DNA of 64,000 nt. Source: Candidatus Kapaibacterium sp. (GTDB lineage: Bacteria; Bacteroidota; Ignavibacteria; Kapaibacteriales; UBA2268). A program made the position numbers and the translations under genes. The stretch lies in assembly GCA_026390695.1 (NCBI GenBank), contig JAPLFL010000048.1, forward strand, positions 339 through 64,338. Direction: 5' to 3'. Positions 29,350 to 39,629 of the stretch are shown in pieces. A model generated the notes under the pieces. It was not told where the DNA came from and ran no database searches. It saw only the letters and a list, made by a program, of their open reading frames with translations. Numbering within the stretch: the stretch's first letter is position 1; every line of letters begins with the position of its first letter.

Positions 29350-31582
29350 ATGAATATGGCTAAGGCAAAACCTGAAACTTCAAAAAAAATAATCAATAAA
29401 AAATCTGAACCTAAGAATCAGCCATCAAAGCTTTCTCCTGCAATTAAAGCTAACCCAGTTAGTAATGCAAAAAAATCTTTAGATTCTAAAATACAGCCAA
29501 AATCAAAGATAATGGCTAATCCTGTAAAAGCAGCTCCTGGCAAGGCAGAAGTCAAACCCGCTCCTAAGAAAATTGAAGCACCAAAGCCAAAAGCTATAAC
29601 CAAAGCAGCACCAGCAAAACCTGCTCCTAAAAAAATTGAACTACCAAAAGCAAAAGTCGTTACCAAAGCAGCACCAGCAAAACCCGCACCTAAGAAAATA
29701 GAAGCACCAAAGCCAAAAGCCGTTACCAAAGCAGCACCCGCAAAACCTGCTCCTAAAAAAATAGAAGCACCAAAAGCAAAAGCTGTAATCAAAGCAGCAC
29801 CAGCAAAACCTGCTCCTAAGAAAATAGAAGCACTAAAAGCAAAAGCTGTAACCAAAGCCGCACCAGCAAAACCTGCTCCTAAAAAAATAGAAGCACCAAA
29901 GTCAAAAGCTGTAATCAAAGCAGTACCAGCAAAACCTGCTCCTAAAAAAATAGAAGCACCAAAGTCAAAAGCTGTAATCAAAGCCGCACCAGCAAAACCT
30001 GCTCCTAAAAAAATAGAAGCACCAAAGTCAAAAGCTGTAATCAAAGCCGCACCAGCAAAACCTGCTTCCTAAGAAAATTGAAGCACCAAAAGCAAAAGTC
30101 GTTACCAAAGCCGCACCAGCAAAACCTGCTCCTAAGAAAATTGAAGCACCAAAAGCAAAAGTCGTTACCAAAGCGGCTCCTGCAAAACCTGCACCTAAGA
30201 AAATTGAAGCACCAAAAGCAAAAGTCCTTACTAAAGCCGCACCAGCAAAACCTGCACCTAAGAAAATTGAAATCTCAACCGCGAAGTCAGCTCCTACACC
30301 CGCAAATGGGAAAACAGCTCCAGTGGCAAAAGATAAGCCATCTGAAAAAAATATTATCACCAATTCAAGCAGTAAAGCAGTTGCTAAACCCGTTGCGACA
30401 ACAACCGTCACAAAAAAAGTAGAAGCTACAAAACCGGTTTTAAAGAAAGAAGATCCTGTTAAATCAATTAAAAAAGAAGTTGAAGAAACTATTGTTAAAA
30501 GTAGTTCAAAGCAGGCATCATCAAAATTACCCATAGAAGAAAAGAAAAGTAACGCAAACTCGGTCGATAAAAAGAAAGATGTAATTGAAAATAATAAATC
30601 AAAAAGCAAAGAAAATTTAAAAGATAAATCTGTAAAAGCTGCTGCCATTGAGATGATAGCGGAAAGCCCCGCTGTTAATAACAATGAGATTATGGAAATT
30701 AAAGAAAAAAAATTGAATGTTGTTATTGAAGATTCAAAATTTGAAGAAAATTCTGATGATGGTTTTTATGAAGGGAAATCAAGAAATTATGCTAAAGGAC
30801 TTGCTAACTTGAATAAAGCAAAGTCATTTTTAACAAATTCAGAAGAGTTACCACATGATCTTGAAGCTGAAATTGATGTTGATGTAATTGATCATGATCT
30901 TCACCCCGGATTAAAAGAGGATAAAATTATCCCCGGAATGCCTGTACATGATGTTCTTGATGATTATATCGGAGATTATGATATTGACGAGGTTGAAGTA
31001 GTTAAGAAAAAAAGAGGCAGAAAGCCAAAGCAAACTGAACACCATAAACCGAGAGTAATTTTCCAAACTAAAGAAATTAAATCTCCAATTATTAAAAAAG
31101 AAGTTATCTCTGAAGAATCCAGTTTAAGTAAAAAAATGATTGCTCCTCCGGTTAGGCCAATTGTAAGTATCAGATATTCGGATAAAGAACTTGCAGAATT
31201 TAAAATTATTATCACCGAATCCCGTAAAGAGGCTCTTGATGAACTTAGAATGCTTAAGGAAAGACTCGAAGACTTAACGAATTTTGATTTTGCCGAAGAA
31301 AGCATGATTTATTCTATGCACATGGCAGAACAAGGTTCAGAAGCACTTGAACAAGAGAAAACTTATGCTCATATTCAAAGAATAAATGAGTATTTGAAAA
31401 AATTAGACGAAGCCTTGCAAAGAATAACGGAAAAAACTTATGGTATATGCCGCGTCTGTGGTTGTTTGATAGCTAAAGAAAGGCTTATAGCCGTTCCTAT
31501 CACTACATTATCGGCTTCTTATAAAATACATCAGAAATGCCCCGAAGATGGTATAGATATGATTGAACCTGTCAGCAGATAA
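29350..31582 (+). CDS. DksA/TraR-family C4-zinc-finger protein with a very long N-terminal extension of tandem histone-H1-like repeats (KAAPAKPAPKKIEAPKPKAVT, eleven or more 63-bp units) plus an AT-hook (KKKRGRKPK); interrupted by a single-base +1 frameshift at about 30066-30067
   Basis: Frame 1 (29350..30072) stops at TAA inside a repeat that reads cctgctTcctaag where every other unit reads cctgctcctaag. The repeats continue without a stop in the +1 frame into 30323..31582, whose C-terminus (coiled coil plus YGICRVCGCLIAKERLIAVPITT...C) resembles a DksA/TraR zinc finger. Confidence 0.55.
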
Positions 31583-31605
31583 GTTTATAAATTAAAATAA
31601 ATAAT

Positions 31606-32280
31606 ATGGAAATAGAGAAAAAGAATCATAAAGTTGCTATTTATTTTTGGATAGCATCACTTTTTATTATTTTGGATCAAGTGACAAAGTTATGGATCAA
31701 AGGATTTGTAATATTCGGATTTGAACATCATGGATTAAGATTTTCAGAACAGTTGCCAATTATCGGTGCTACATTGCAATTTATTCATGTAGAAAATGCC
31801 GGAGGGCCATTTGGAATCCAATTTGGTGTCGCAAAAATATTCTTGTCATTATTTTCAGTCTTTGCCAGTATAGCTCTTGCTTGGTATCTAATCAAGATCA
31901 AGGAATATTCTTTATGGATTAAAATAGGAGTAGCTTTGATTTTTGCAGGTGCAGTCGGAAATCTGATTGACCGTGTTTTTTACGGAGTATTTTTTAATGA
32001 AGGTGCATTATTTTATGGGAAAGTAGTGGATTTTATACAGGTTGATATCCCTGACGTAGAGCTATTCGGCATGAAGTATGAATCCTACCCGATTTTTAAT
32101 ATTGCGGACAGTCTTGTAACTATTGGTGTTGCATTACTAATAATTTTTAATAATAAAATCCCTTCTTTTGATTTATTACTTAAAAAACAAAAACCGGAGA
32201 TAGTTCCTTTTGAACCTGTACCAGCACAGAAAGATGAAATCAAAGAAAACACTATTAGTCCCACAGGAACTGTCAATTAA
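31606..32280 (+). CDS. lspA: Lipoprotein signal peptidase (signal peptidase II)
   Basis: 224 aa; FIILDQVTKLW, NAGGPFG and FNIADSLVTIG motifs. Confidence 0.85.
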   Translation: MEIEKKNHKVAIYFWIASLFIILDQVTKLWIKGFVIFGFEHHGLRFSEQLPIIGATLQFIHVENAGGPFGIQFGVAKIFLSLFSVFASIALAWYLIKIKEYSLWIKIGVALIFAGAVGNLIDRVFYGVFFNEGALFYGKVVDFIQVDIPDVELFGMKYESYPIFNIADSLVTIGVALLIIFNNKIPSFDLLLKKQKPEIVPFEPVPAQKDEIKENTISPTGTVN

Positions 32281-33358
32281 AACCCAAGATATTGATAAAA
32301 GTAATTATCCCGAATACATTGAAAAAATATTCGAATTCAAGATACCTGCAGGACAACAACCTGAGCGTATTGATAAATATCTGACGCGTTCAGTCGTAAA
32401 TGCAACCCGCAATCGGGTTCAAAAAGCCATAGATGAAGATCAAGTTACAATTAATGGTAAAGTCGCAAAGCCGAGTAAAAAAATTTTACCAAATGATCTT
32501 ATTATATGTAAGATCCTGAAATCTCCGCCCATAAGCCTTATTCCAGAAAATATTCCGCTTAATATAATTTATGAAGATGAATCCATCATTGTAATAAACA
32601 AACAAGCTGGCTTGGTAACGCATCCGGCTCCCGGGAACCGCTATGGCACTCTCGTAAATGCCGTTTTATATCATATTGGGCTGCGTGAGGCTATAAATCT
32701 TGAATTTGACGAAGATGACGAGCCTGACGAGAGCTTGATATTCTCATCAGATGAGATTAGGCCGGGAATCGTACACCGTCTTGATAAAGATACATCAGGA
32801 TTACTTGTTGTATCGAAAAATCCCGTAGCTCATGCAAAACTATCCAAACAGTTTGCAGACAGAACAGTAAAGAAAAAGTATTATGCCTTGGTTTGGGGCA
32901 ATCCAAAGCAAAGCAAAGGCAGGATAATTGCAGATATCGGTCGTTCCAGCAGAGACCGAAAGCTATTTACTGTTCTTAAAAAGGGAGGAAAATTTGCAGA
33001 TACAGAATATAAAGTCATCGAATCGTTTGAATACTTTTCTCTGTTAGAAATTTTGTTGCATACCGGAAGAACACATCAGATACGTGTCCATCTGAGCCAT
33101 GAATCAATGCCCATTGTTGGAGACACTTTTTACGGCGGGAATTCTTTGGTTTATGGCGGCAATAATCCCCAATTTCGAATAATCGGCGAAAAAGTTCTAA
33201 AGCTTGCTGCAAGGCAGATGCTACACGCCAAAACTTTAAGTTTGCATCATCCCGTAAGTGGTCAGGAACTTACTTTTGATTCAAATATTCCTGAAGATAT
33301 GCAGATAATTATCGATTATCTCAGGATCATATCATCGACCCAAAACTCAGACCTTTGA
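32234..33358 (+). CDS. rluD: RluA-family 23S rRNA pseudouridine synthase (RluD-like, with S4 domain)
   Basis: HRLDKDTSGLLVVSKN catalytic motif and N-terminal S4-like region. The track ORF starts at 32210; either start overlaps the end of lspA. Confidence 0.85.
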   Translation: MKSKKTLLVPQELSIKTQDIDKSNYPEYIEKIFEFKIPAGQQPERIDKYLTRSVVNATRNRVQKAIDEDQVTINGKVAKPSKKILPNDLIICKILKSPPISLIPENIPLNIIYEDESIIVINKQAGLVTHPAPGNRYGTLVNAVLYHIGLREAINLEFDEDDEPDESLIFSSDEIRPGIVHRLDKDTSGLLVVSKNPVAHAKLSKQFADRTVKKKYYALVWGNPKQSKGRIIADIGRSSRDRKLFTVLKKGGKFADTEYKVIESFEYFSLLEILLHTGRTHQIRVHLSHESMPIVGDTFYGGNSLVYGGNNPQFRIIGEKVLKLAARQMLHAKTLSLHHPVSGQELTFDSNIPEDMQIIIDYLRIISSTQNSDL

Positions 33359-33927
33359 TTATCAATAAAAGCAGAATCTTTATTCTGGCTGAGTAGCAGA
33401 AATATTCTGGCAGAATCGGCAATGGTCGAGTTTGAACTAATCGGAACAGAAATTTTTGTAAAATTATTAATCTGAATCGGGGCAAACCAAAGACCTGTGC
33501 CTACAGAATCGTTGCTCTGATATAAAGTGACTCTGATAATCATAGTATCATTTTGTAGTAATTTCCCCTTAACATAACAATCCAAATACTGTGGCAGAGA
33601 ATTAATCGGGAACTTAACAGTTGCATAAGTACCTTTGTTGCAATCGAAGGTAAATTTTGCGGAATATTTGCCATGATAAGCTATTGTATCTTGCTGAATA
33701 ATATAACATGCACACATTCTCATGCAAGGGGGACAGCTATTGGACTCCCACTTTTGAAGAAACATCAATTGATCCCATTCCTCGAAATCTCCATTTGGGA
33801 TATAAATTGATTGTGTAGCCGGATTATTAACTGTGTTTTTACAAGCCGTTGCAAAGGTAATAATTAAATAAGTCACTGCCACTGCGATTGATAAGAGTAG
33901 AGCGTATCTTAAATTTACAATTTTCAT
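33316..33927 (-). CDS. Hypothetical lipoprotein or secreted protein
   Basis: 203 aa; signal peptide with a lipobox-like FATAC; Cys-rich; no known motif. Confidence 0.45.
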   Translation of the reverse strand: MKIVNLRYALLLSIAVAVTYLIITFATACKNTVNNPATQSIYIPNGDFEEWDQLMFLQKWESNSCPPCMRMCACYIIQQDTIAYHGKYSAKFTFDCNKGTYATVKFPINSLPQYLDCYVKGKLLQNDTMIIRVTLYQSNDSVGTGLWFAPIQINNFTKISVPISSNSTIADSARIFLLLSQNKDSAFIDNQRSEFWVDDMILR

Positions 33928-34062
33928 TTTTATAAATTATATATTAATAAAGTTTTCTAAATAATTAACACATTAATCGAATAAGAGTTTCAATATCAAT
34001 TACAATTAAAAAAAAATGCCGTCTGAGTTACTTTCAAACGGCATTTATATGAATTTAATTAA

Positions 34063-34094
34063 ATTCAGGTCAGATTTTATGTCTGACCTGAAGA
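34063..34094. terminator. Strong stem-loop (TTCAGGTCAGA-TTTTATG-TCTGACCTGAA) at the 3' end of the 761-aa T9SS-cargo gene
   Basis: Perfect 11-bp inverted repeat read from sequence. Confidence 0.6.
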
Positions 34095-34109
34095 GATAAT
34101 AAGCATTAT

Positions 34110-36395
34110 TTATTTAATAACTGTGAATTTTGCGCTCTGAGACTTACCTGCAATGTTGATTCTGATAATAAATAAACCATTTGAAAGTGTACTTACATCA
34201 ATTGGTAAATAATTATTGCCAGAAATTGCATTGAAATTACCAGATAATACTGCTAATCCTAAAGCATCATAAATATTGAACTGAGCATCAGCATCTGTTC
34301 CTGTGAAATTAACATTAAGCGATGATGTTGCAGGTTGAGGATAGAAACTCATTCCAAGTGTATTTAAATTATTATCATTGACCGTTAATGTTTCGGATTT
34401 AAGGTTTACATTTAGGGATACGTTTGCTTTCATATCATAATCGGTCTCTATAGCTTGCGAAACAGCGTCATATCCGACTTTGTCGGTAATAAGAGTATAT
34501 TTCCCTGCCAGTAATTCTTCTATCGAAAAATTGCCGTTTGCATCAGAAAAATTATAATCTACTATTTCATTATTTTCGTTCATCAAATAAACTAATGCAC
34601 CTTGGACAGGAGTTATTCCCTGTGGAATATTACCCTTTTTCAGAGTAATTCCACTTTGTGTAGAAATATTTCCACCAACAAAAGCAACGCCCTTCCAGCT
34701 TTTACTCGTTCTGTGGGTTAAAGTATAAACGATCTGTGGCATTGCATCATTAACTGTAATTCTCGTAGCATCGCGCCACTTCTGGGTTACTAAGTCATTA
34801 GCTTTGTAATAACCGGGTACATATTGACGTTGTATCGGCAATGACATTACTACATAATCTCCATAAGGAAGATTTGCAAATCTGAAATTACCTTTATCAT
34901 CTGTTTGTATTGTTTGTACAAAGTTATATTTCACATTATTTGTGTTAGGAGCTGGTTTGACAAGGATTGCCATCAGTTTTGACTGGAGTGCAACACCGGA
35001 ATCGGAAATTACATTGCCGGTAAAACCGTTTGCAAGGGTATTTACAGCAGCTTTCAAGTAAAAATCTATTCCCTGAAGATCCATTTCGGGAACGATAAGA
35101 TCGGCTTCTAACGGAGATCCGACACCATCATAGTAGCATGGCTGAAGGTCAGTATTTGTTTTTTGTGCGGATGCAAATCCAACATAAATCAGATTATCCG
35201 GTAAGGCTATTGAATATTTACCTAATTGATCAGTTGCGCAGGTATAAGTCCGAACATTCGGATCTGTGGTTGATTTATTATTAATCATGTCATAAGGTGT
35301 GAACTGAACCATTGCTCCCATAACAGGTGAAGAATCCTTTGCTCGTGCGACAAGGCCGGAAACAGTATGAGTGGTAGGAGGAATAAGCGGTGTGAGTGTA
35401 GTTTTCAGCATCACTGTATCATTGCACTTAATAGTAATCTGTTTTGCAAGTTTAAAATCTCCGGTATTATCATAGTAAACTGCCTGAAAGTTGGGAGCTT
35501 CCAATTTCAGGATATATACACCTTCTAAGACCATTGCATCAAAAATACCGTTAATAATTTTTGCTTGTACAGGCTGACCGCTATTAAGCATTGGGACGAT
35601 TGATACAATCCCGCCATTGATAGGAGTATTCGGATCTTTCTGGTTATAAACATTACCATGAATCCATGCGCAAGGCATTCTCTGGTTACTGTTACCAACA
35701 ATGACTGGGATCTGAATATCATTACGGAGTGTAGAATCACAGCCTTTTAATGAAACCGAACCGTTTAACATGAACTTTCCGTTTTGTGAAGCAGACATAG
35801 TTACAACGCCTTTATTAGGATCGAAAGTCATTTTGCCTGGCATATCTGTTTTGAAATTATAAACTATCGGGCAATTGGTATTGCTTTCAGCCGGTAATTG
35901 AATAGTAAAAGTTTGACCAAGTGCTATATTGATTTCCGGGGGGAATTTTACAAAGCGAACATAATATTGAATAGGAGCCTCGTACTTTACTTCAATCGTA
36001 AAAAATTGTGAGGGATCACTCTCAATATATGGCTGGAAATTAAACCATGCAGCTGTCATGTAGAAAGAATAGACTCCTACTTTCAGATTTTGGAAACTAT
36101 AAGAATAATCAGTCTGACCGGGCATCATTTTTAACATTTGAGCCTGCTTGAAATTTTTAGGATCCCTTGTATCGCCATTTGCCATATAAATTATGAAAAC
36201 TGTTGATTTAGACGAATCCCATTGATAAGACCACTTATTGACAACAATATCCGTTGGTGGCATTGTTTTTTGAGTCACAACCGTTACGTTATATGGAGAC
36301 GGTGGTTGGGGCTTCTGAGCAAACATTGAGCTTGTGAACAAAACTAAAAGTATAGCTAATGACAAGACTTTCAGCGGATTTTTAAACGATTTCAT
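34110..36395 (-). CDS. Large secreted protein with a T9SS C-terminal sorting domain (carboxypeptidase-regulatory-like / Ig-like repeats)
   Basis: 761 aa; signal peptide MKSFKNPLKVLSLAILLVLFTSSMFAQ; C-terminal ...GLFIIRINIAGKSQSAKFTVIK is typical of a T9SS sorting domain. Confidence 0.7.
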   Translation of the reverse strand: MKSFKNPLKVLSLAILLVLFTSSMFAQKPQPPSPYNVTVVTQKTMPPTDIVVNKWSYQWDSSKSTVFIIYMANGDTRDPKNFKQAQMLKMMPGQTDYSYSFQNLKVGVYSFYMTAAWFNFQPYIESDPSQFFTIEVKYEAPIQYYVRFVKFPPEINIALGQTFTIQLPAESNTNCPIVYNFKTDMPGKMTFDPNKGVVTMSASQNGKFMLNGSVSLKGCDSTLRNDIQIPVIVGNSNQRMPCAWIHGNVYNQKDPNTPINGGIVSIVPMLNSGQPVQAKIINGIFDAMVLEGVYILKLEAPNFQAVYYDNTGDFKLAKQITIKCNDTVMLKTTLTPLIPPTTHTVSGLVARAKDSSPVMGAMVQFTPYDMINNKSTTDPNVRTYTCATDQLGKYSIALPDNLIYVGFASAQKTNTDLQPCYYDGVGSPLEADLIVPEMDLQGIDFYLKAAVNTLANGFTGNVISDSGVALQSKLMAILVKPAPNTNNVKYNFVQTIQTDDKGNFRFANLPYGDYVVMSLPIQRQYVPGYYKANDLVTQKWRDATRITVNDAMPQIVYTLTHRTSKSWKGVAFVGGNISTQSGITLKKGNIPQGITPVQGALVYLMNENNEIVDYNFSDANGNFSIEELLAGKYTLITDKVGYDAVSQAIETDYDMKANVSLNVNLKSETLTVNDNNLNTLGMSFYPQPATSSLNVNFTGTDADAQFNIYDALGLAVLSGNFNAISGNNYLPIDVSTLSNGLFIIRINIAGKSQSAKFTVIK

Positions 36396-36617
36396 AATTC
36401 ACCTTTATTTAAACAAAAACATATTTCTTATTTCTTATAAAAACACATCAATTGAAATTAAGTTTCAATTATTTTTGAACTTCTTGAAGTTTTTCCTATT
36501 TTTAGATTCATATTTAAATCAATTCCATGTTAATTTAATAAATTATATTTATCAAAGAATCAATAATCTTAAAATATTAAAAAATTATACAATTTCCTAA
36601 TTACAAGAAAAAAACTT

Positions 36618-38033
36618 ATGACAAAAGAAAGCAGTTCCAAAACAAAATTCCGCGATTTCCCTACCACATATTGGCTGATTATATTATTTGAATTCTTTGA
36701 GCGTGGCGCCTACTATGGCATGAACTCGATTATTTCAATTTGCATGATCAATGAATTAGGGTTTTCAAAAATTGAAACTGCTTCGATTCGAGGGACTGTT
36801 CAGCCTTTTCTTTATTTTTTACCACTATTGACCGGTGCTATTGCAGATAGGCTTGGCTACAGGAGAATGCTTTTTATTGCTTTTTCTTTCTTGGGAACAG
36901 GGTATTTTTTGATAAGCCAAACATCTAATTACTGGGCAGTTTTTGCTTCGATGATGATAATGGGTATAGGAGCGGGTATATTCAAACCGATAATTCCAGG
37001 AACAATTTCAAAAGTTGTTGACGAGAAACATTCTTCTCTTGGTTTTGGGACATATTACTGGGCAATTAATCTGGGAGCATTCATTTTTCCATTGATCATT
37101 GTTCCTTATCTTAAAAGTATGAATTGGAGATATGTATTAATAGCCTCTGCAATCAGCACCGGAGCCATGATTATTCCAACACTTTTATTTTTTAAAGAAC
37201 CGCAAAGGGAAAAAATTGAAAATGAATCATTAATAGAAACATTTTCTGGAATTTTTAAAAAAATCATTATGGTATTCCTCGATTGGCGATTTATGCTGTT
37301 CATTATAATTTATTCTTTGTTCTGGGTACTGTATTTCCAGCAGTCAGACAGTGTTTTATGGTATGTCAAGGATTTTGTGGATACCAGACCGATAGATAAT
37401 TTCATTAATGGGATTTTCGGGACTCAATGGCATTTTGATGTAGAGCATGTTACTGTAATAAATGCAGGTACTATTATAGCCCTTCAATTGATAATATCAG
37501 CAATGGTTAAAAATTTAAAAGCACTGCCCACGATGATTATCGGAGTAGCCACAGCAACAGTCGGAATGGCTATCTTGGCTTTATCATCAAATATTTGGAT
37601 ATTTATAGCAGGAATGTTTATTTTTTCAATCGGGGAAATGACTGCTCATCCCAAATACTTCGCATATCTCGGTATGATAGCTCCTGAAGATAAAAAGGCA
37701 ACTTATACCGGTTTCGGATTTTTATATGGTTTCTTTGGAGCATCAGTCGGTAGTTTTTTGGGTGCCAAGCTTTATGTTACATTTGTAGATAATCCAATGT
37801 ATAAATTTATCGGTACAAAATTAAGCCTAATCAATCCGGCAAGCTATCTTCCAAGTACCGCTACCATAGCTGAAGCTTTGAAAATAGCAGAGAAAGCCGG
37901 GATAAGCAGATCAGAAATTGCAGCGTCTGCCTCAACAAGGGAGTTATGGCTTATTTTCTCAGCAATTGGTTTAATTTCGGTAATCGGATTAGCTTTGTAC
38001 GGGAAATATATAGGGGAACATAAAAAAGGATAG
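36618..38033 (+). CDS. Proton-dependent oligopeptide transporter (POT/PTR2 family)
   Basis: 471 aa, multi-transmembrane; PTR2 signature FEFFERGAYYGMNSI. Confidence 0.75.
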   Translation: MTKESSSKTKFRDFPTTYWLIILFEFFERGAYYGMNSIISICMINELGFSKIETASIRGTVQPFLYFLPLLTGAIADRLGYRRMLFIAFSFLGTGYFLISQTSNYWAVFASMMIMGIGAGIFKPIIPGTISKVVDEKHSSLGFGTYYWAINLGAFIFPLIIVPYLKSMNWRYVLIASAISTGAMIIPTLLFFKEPQREKIENESLIETFSGIFKKIIMVFLDWRFMLFIIIYSLFWVLYFQQSDSVLWYVKDFVDTRPIDNFINGIFGTQWHFDVEHVTVINAGTIIALQLIISAMVKNLKALPTMIIGVATATVGMAILALSSNIWIFIAGMFIFSIGEMTAHPKYFAYLGMIAPEDKKATYTGFGFLYGFFGASVGSFLGAKLYVTFVDNPMYKFIGTKLSLINPASYLPSTATIAEALKIAEKAGISRSEIAASASTRELWLIFSAIGLISVIGLALYGKYIGEHKKG

Positions 38034-38039
38034 GTCGGA

Positions 38040-38636
38040 TTATAAACGTGAATTTGTTTTTAGACCACGCCCTTGCTTCGTTATTCGGCCTTGTTTTATT
38101 AGAATTTCTAAAATTGCATCAAGAACACCATTAATGAAGACACTACTTTTTTCCGTTGAATATTTCTTTGCAATGTCAATAGCCTCATTGATAGTTACTT
38201 TCGAAGGAATTTCGGGAAAATTTATAAATTCCGCTACAGACATCAAAATCAGGATATGGTCAACAGTGGCTATTCTCTCCAATTCCCAGTTTCTTACAGC
38301 TATATCAATACACTCATCAACTATTTTCTTTGATTCGAGAGCACAAACAATTAGTTTTTCAGCAAAATCAATTTCATCTTGTTTCCAAATTATCGGAAAG
38401 TCGGCTTCTACTTCAGTAACTTCAGCAGGAGTCAATATTCTGGTAGAAGTAGAGGCTTCTTCATCTTCTACATTAAAAACCCGGTAAAATATATGAGGGA
38501 ATAGTATTTCTGACGGTGTATCGGAAACAACGAGTGCGGTAAGGATTTGAAGGACTTTTTCCCTAACTAAGCGTCTATTGCCTTTAATAGATTTTTTTTG
38601 GCTTAGAGGGAATAAATCTGCGTTTAAATCAGTCAT
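38040..38636 (-). CDS. nusB: Transcription antitermination factor NusB
   Basis: 198 aa; NRRLVREKVLQILTAL...FINGVLDAI. Confidence 0.8.
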   Translation of the reverse strand: MTDLNADLFPLSQKKSIKGNRRLVREKVLQILTALVVSDTPSEILFPHIFYRVFNVEDEEASTSTRILTPAEVTEVEADFPIIWKQDEIDFAEKLIVCALESKKIVDECIDIAVRNWELERIATVDHILILMSVAEFINFPEIPSKVTINEAIDIAKKYSTEKSSVFINGVLDAILEILIKQGRITKQGRGLKTNSRL

Positions 38637-38699
38637 ATTGTAAAGAACTTATTGCGTAAAAAAAGCTGAGAAATACAATTTTGAAATAATAACTTTAAA

Positions 38700-39035
38700 T
38701 TAGTTTTCTTCCTCTTCAGAGGATTTTGGAAATTCAAAATGTAATTTATCATCATACATCTCTTTCATAGCAAGAAATGTAGGCTTTGGAATTTTATCAA
38801 ATTCTCGGCTTATTGAAATCTGATCATAGTTCACAGCTTCAGACTCATCAGTAGATAAGATTAAATCTCCAAGTCTGTCGTCAATTTCAGCTTTAATTTG
38901 ATCGTTAATTTGACGAGAGCGCATTCCCATTGCAACGATTGACTGATAAATACTCCCCCGTGCAGATTCTTGCATACGAACTTTGATAGGATTTACAATA
39001 TATTTTTCCATTAAAATTTCATTTTTGTTGAACAT
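38700..39035 (-). CDS. Putative Bacteroidota-type RNA polymerase omega subunit (Rpb6-like)
   Basis: 111 aa; ARGSIYQSIVAMGMRSRQIN plus KIPKPTFLAMKEMYDDKLHF resemble FCB-group omega proteins; lies upstream of nusB. Assigned from memory, not from a search. Confidence 0.45.
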   Translation of the reverse strand: MFNKNEILMEKYIVNPIKVRMQESARGSIYQSIVAMGMRSRQINDQIKAEIDDRLGDLILSTDESEAVNYDQISISREFDKIPKPTFLAMKEMYDDKLHFEFPKSSEEEEN

Positions 39036-39122
39036 AAGTTAGCAAATTTAAATAATTTTCTTTAATATTGCAAACTGGAATAGGACGTTTTTGTAAAAAG
39101 ATAAAAATATTTATTTTATTCT

Positions 39123-39536
39123 ATGAGGAAATTATATTATTCGATAAGTGAGATCAGCGATCTGGTGAGCGAAGAGCAGCATATTCTCAGATATTGGGAA
39201 AAGGAATTTTCTGTTTTATCTCCAAAAAAGAATCGCGCTGGAAATAGAATTTATTCTCCAAAGGATCTTTTCATAATTCAAACTATCAAAAAGTTTCTCC
39301 GTTCCGATATGCTTTCTTTGAAGGCTACTAAAGAGAGAATTGATAAGTTGGAATTAAATTTAATCGAAAATGATCGAAAAACGATTAATATCAAAGATAA
39401 CTTAAATGAGAATATAAGCAAAGAAATTAATGAGCCAATTAATCTTACAGAAACTCAAATTAAAATCTCTCACAGCGACCTAAGCGAACTTGCTCAGGTT
39501 CTGAAGGAAATTTATCATTCGTTAGAAGATTTGTAA
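39123..39536 (+). CDS. MerR-family transcriptional regulator
   Basis: N-terminal HTH YSISEISDLVSEEQHILRYWEKEF with a C-terminal coiled coil. Confidence 0.65.
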   Translation: MRKLYYSISEISDLVSEEQHILRYWEKEFSVLSPKKNRAGNRIYSPKDLFIIQTIKKFLRSDMLSLKATKERIDKLELNLIENDRKTINIKDNLNENISKEINEPINLTETQIKISHSDLSELAQVLKEIYHSLEDL

Positions 39537-39629
39537 ATTAAGCTATTTTATTATATTTTACACAAAAAATTACATATTTTCGTCATAAAAAGAAGTTTGT
39601 ATTATATTTAGTTAAAAACGGAGAATTCT

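Noticed and set aside
29418-30684. Minus-strand ORFs 29418..30044 (208 aa) and 30028..30684 (218 aa), and plus-strand ORF 30078..30422 (114 aa), all with highly repetitive translations (GFAGAAL..., HQKQKSLPK...)
   Set aside because: They are alternative-frame or antisense readings of the 63-bp tandem repeats of the KAAPAKPAPKKIEAPK protein. Repetitive DNA keeps every frame open; the sense frame continues into a recognisable DksA-like domain.
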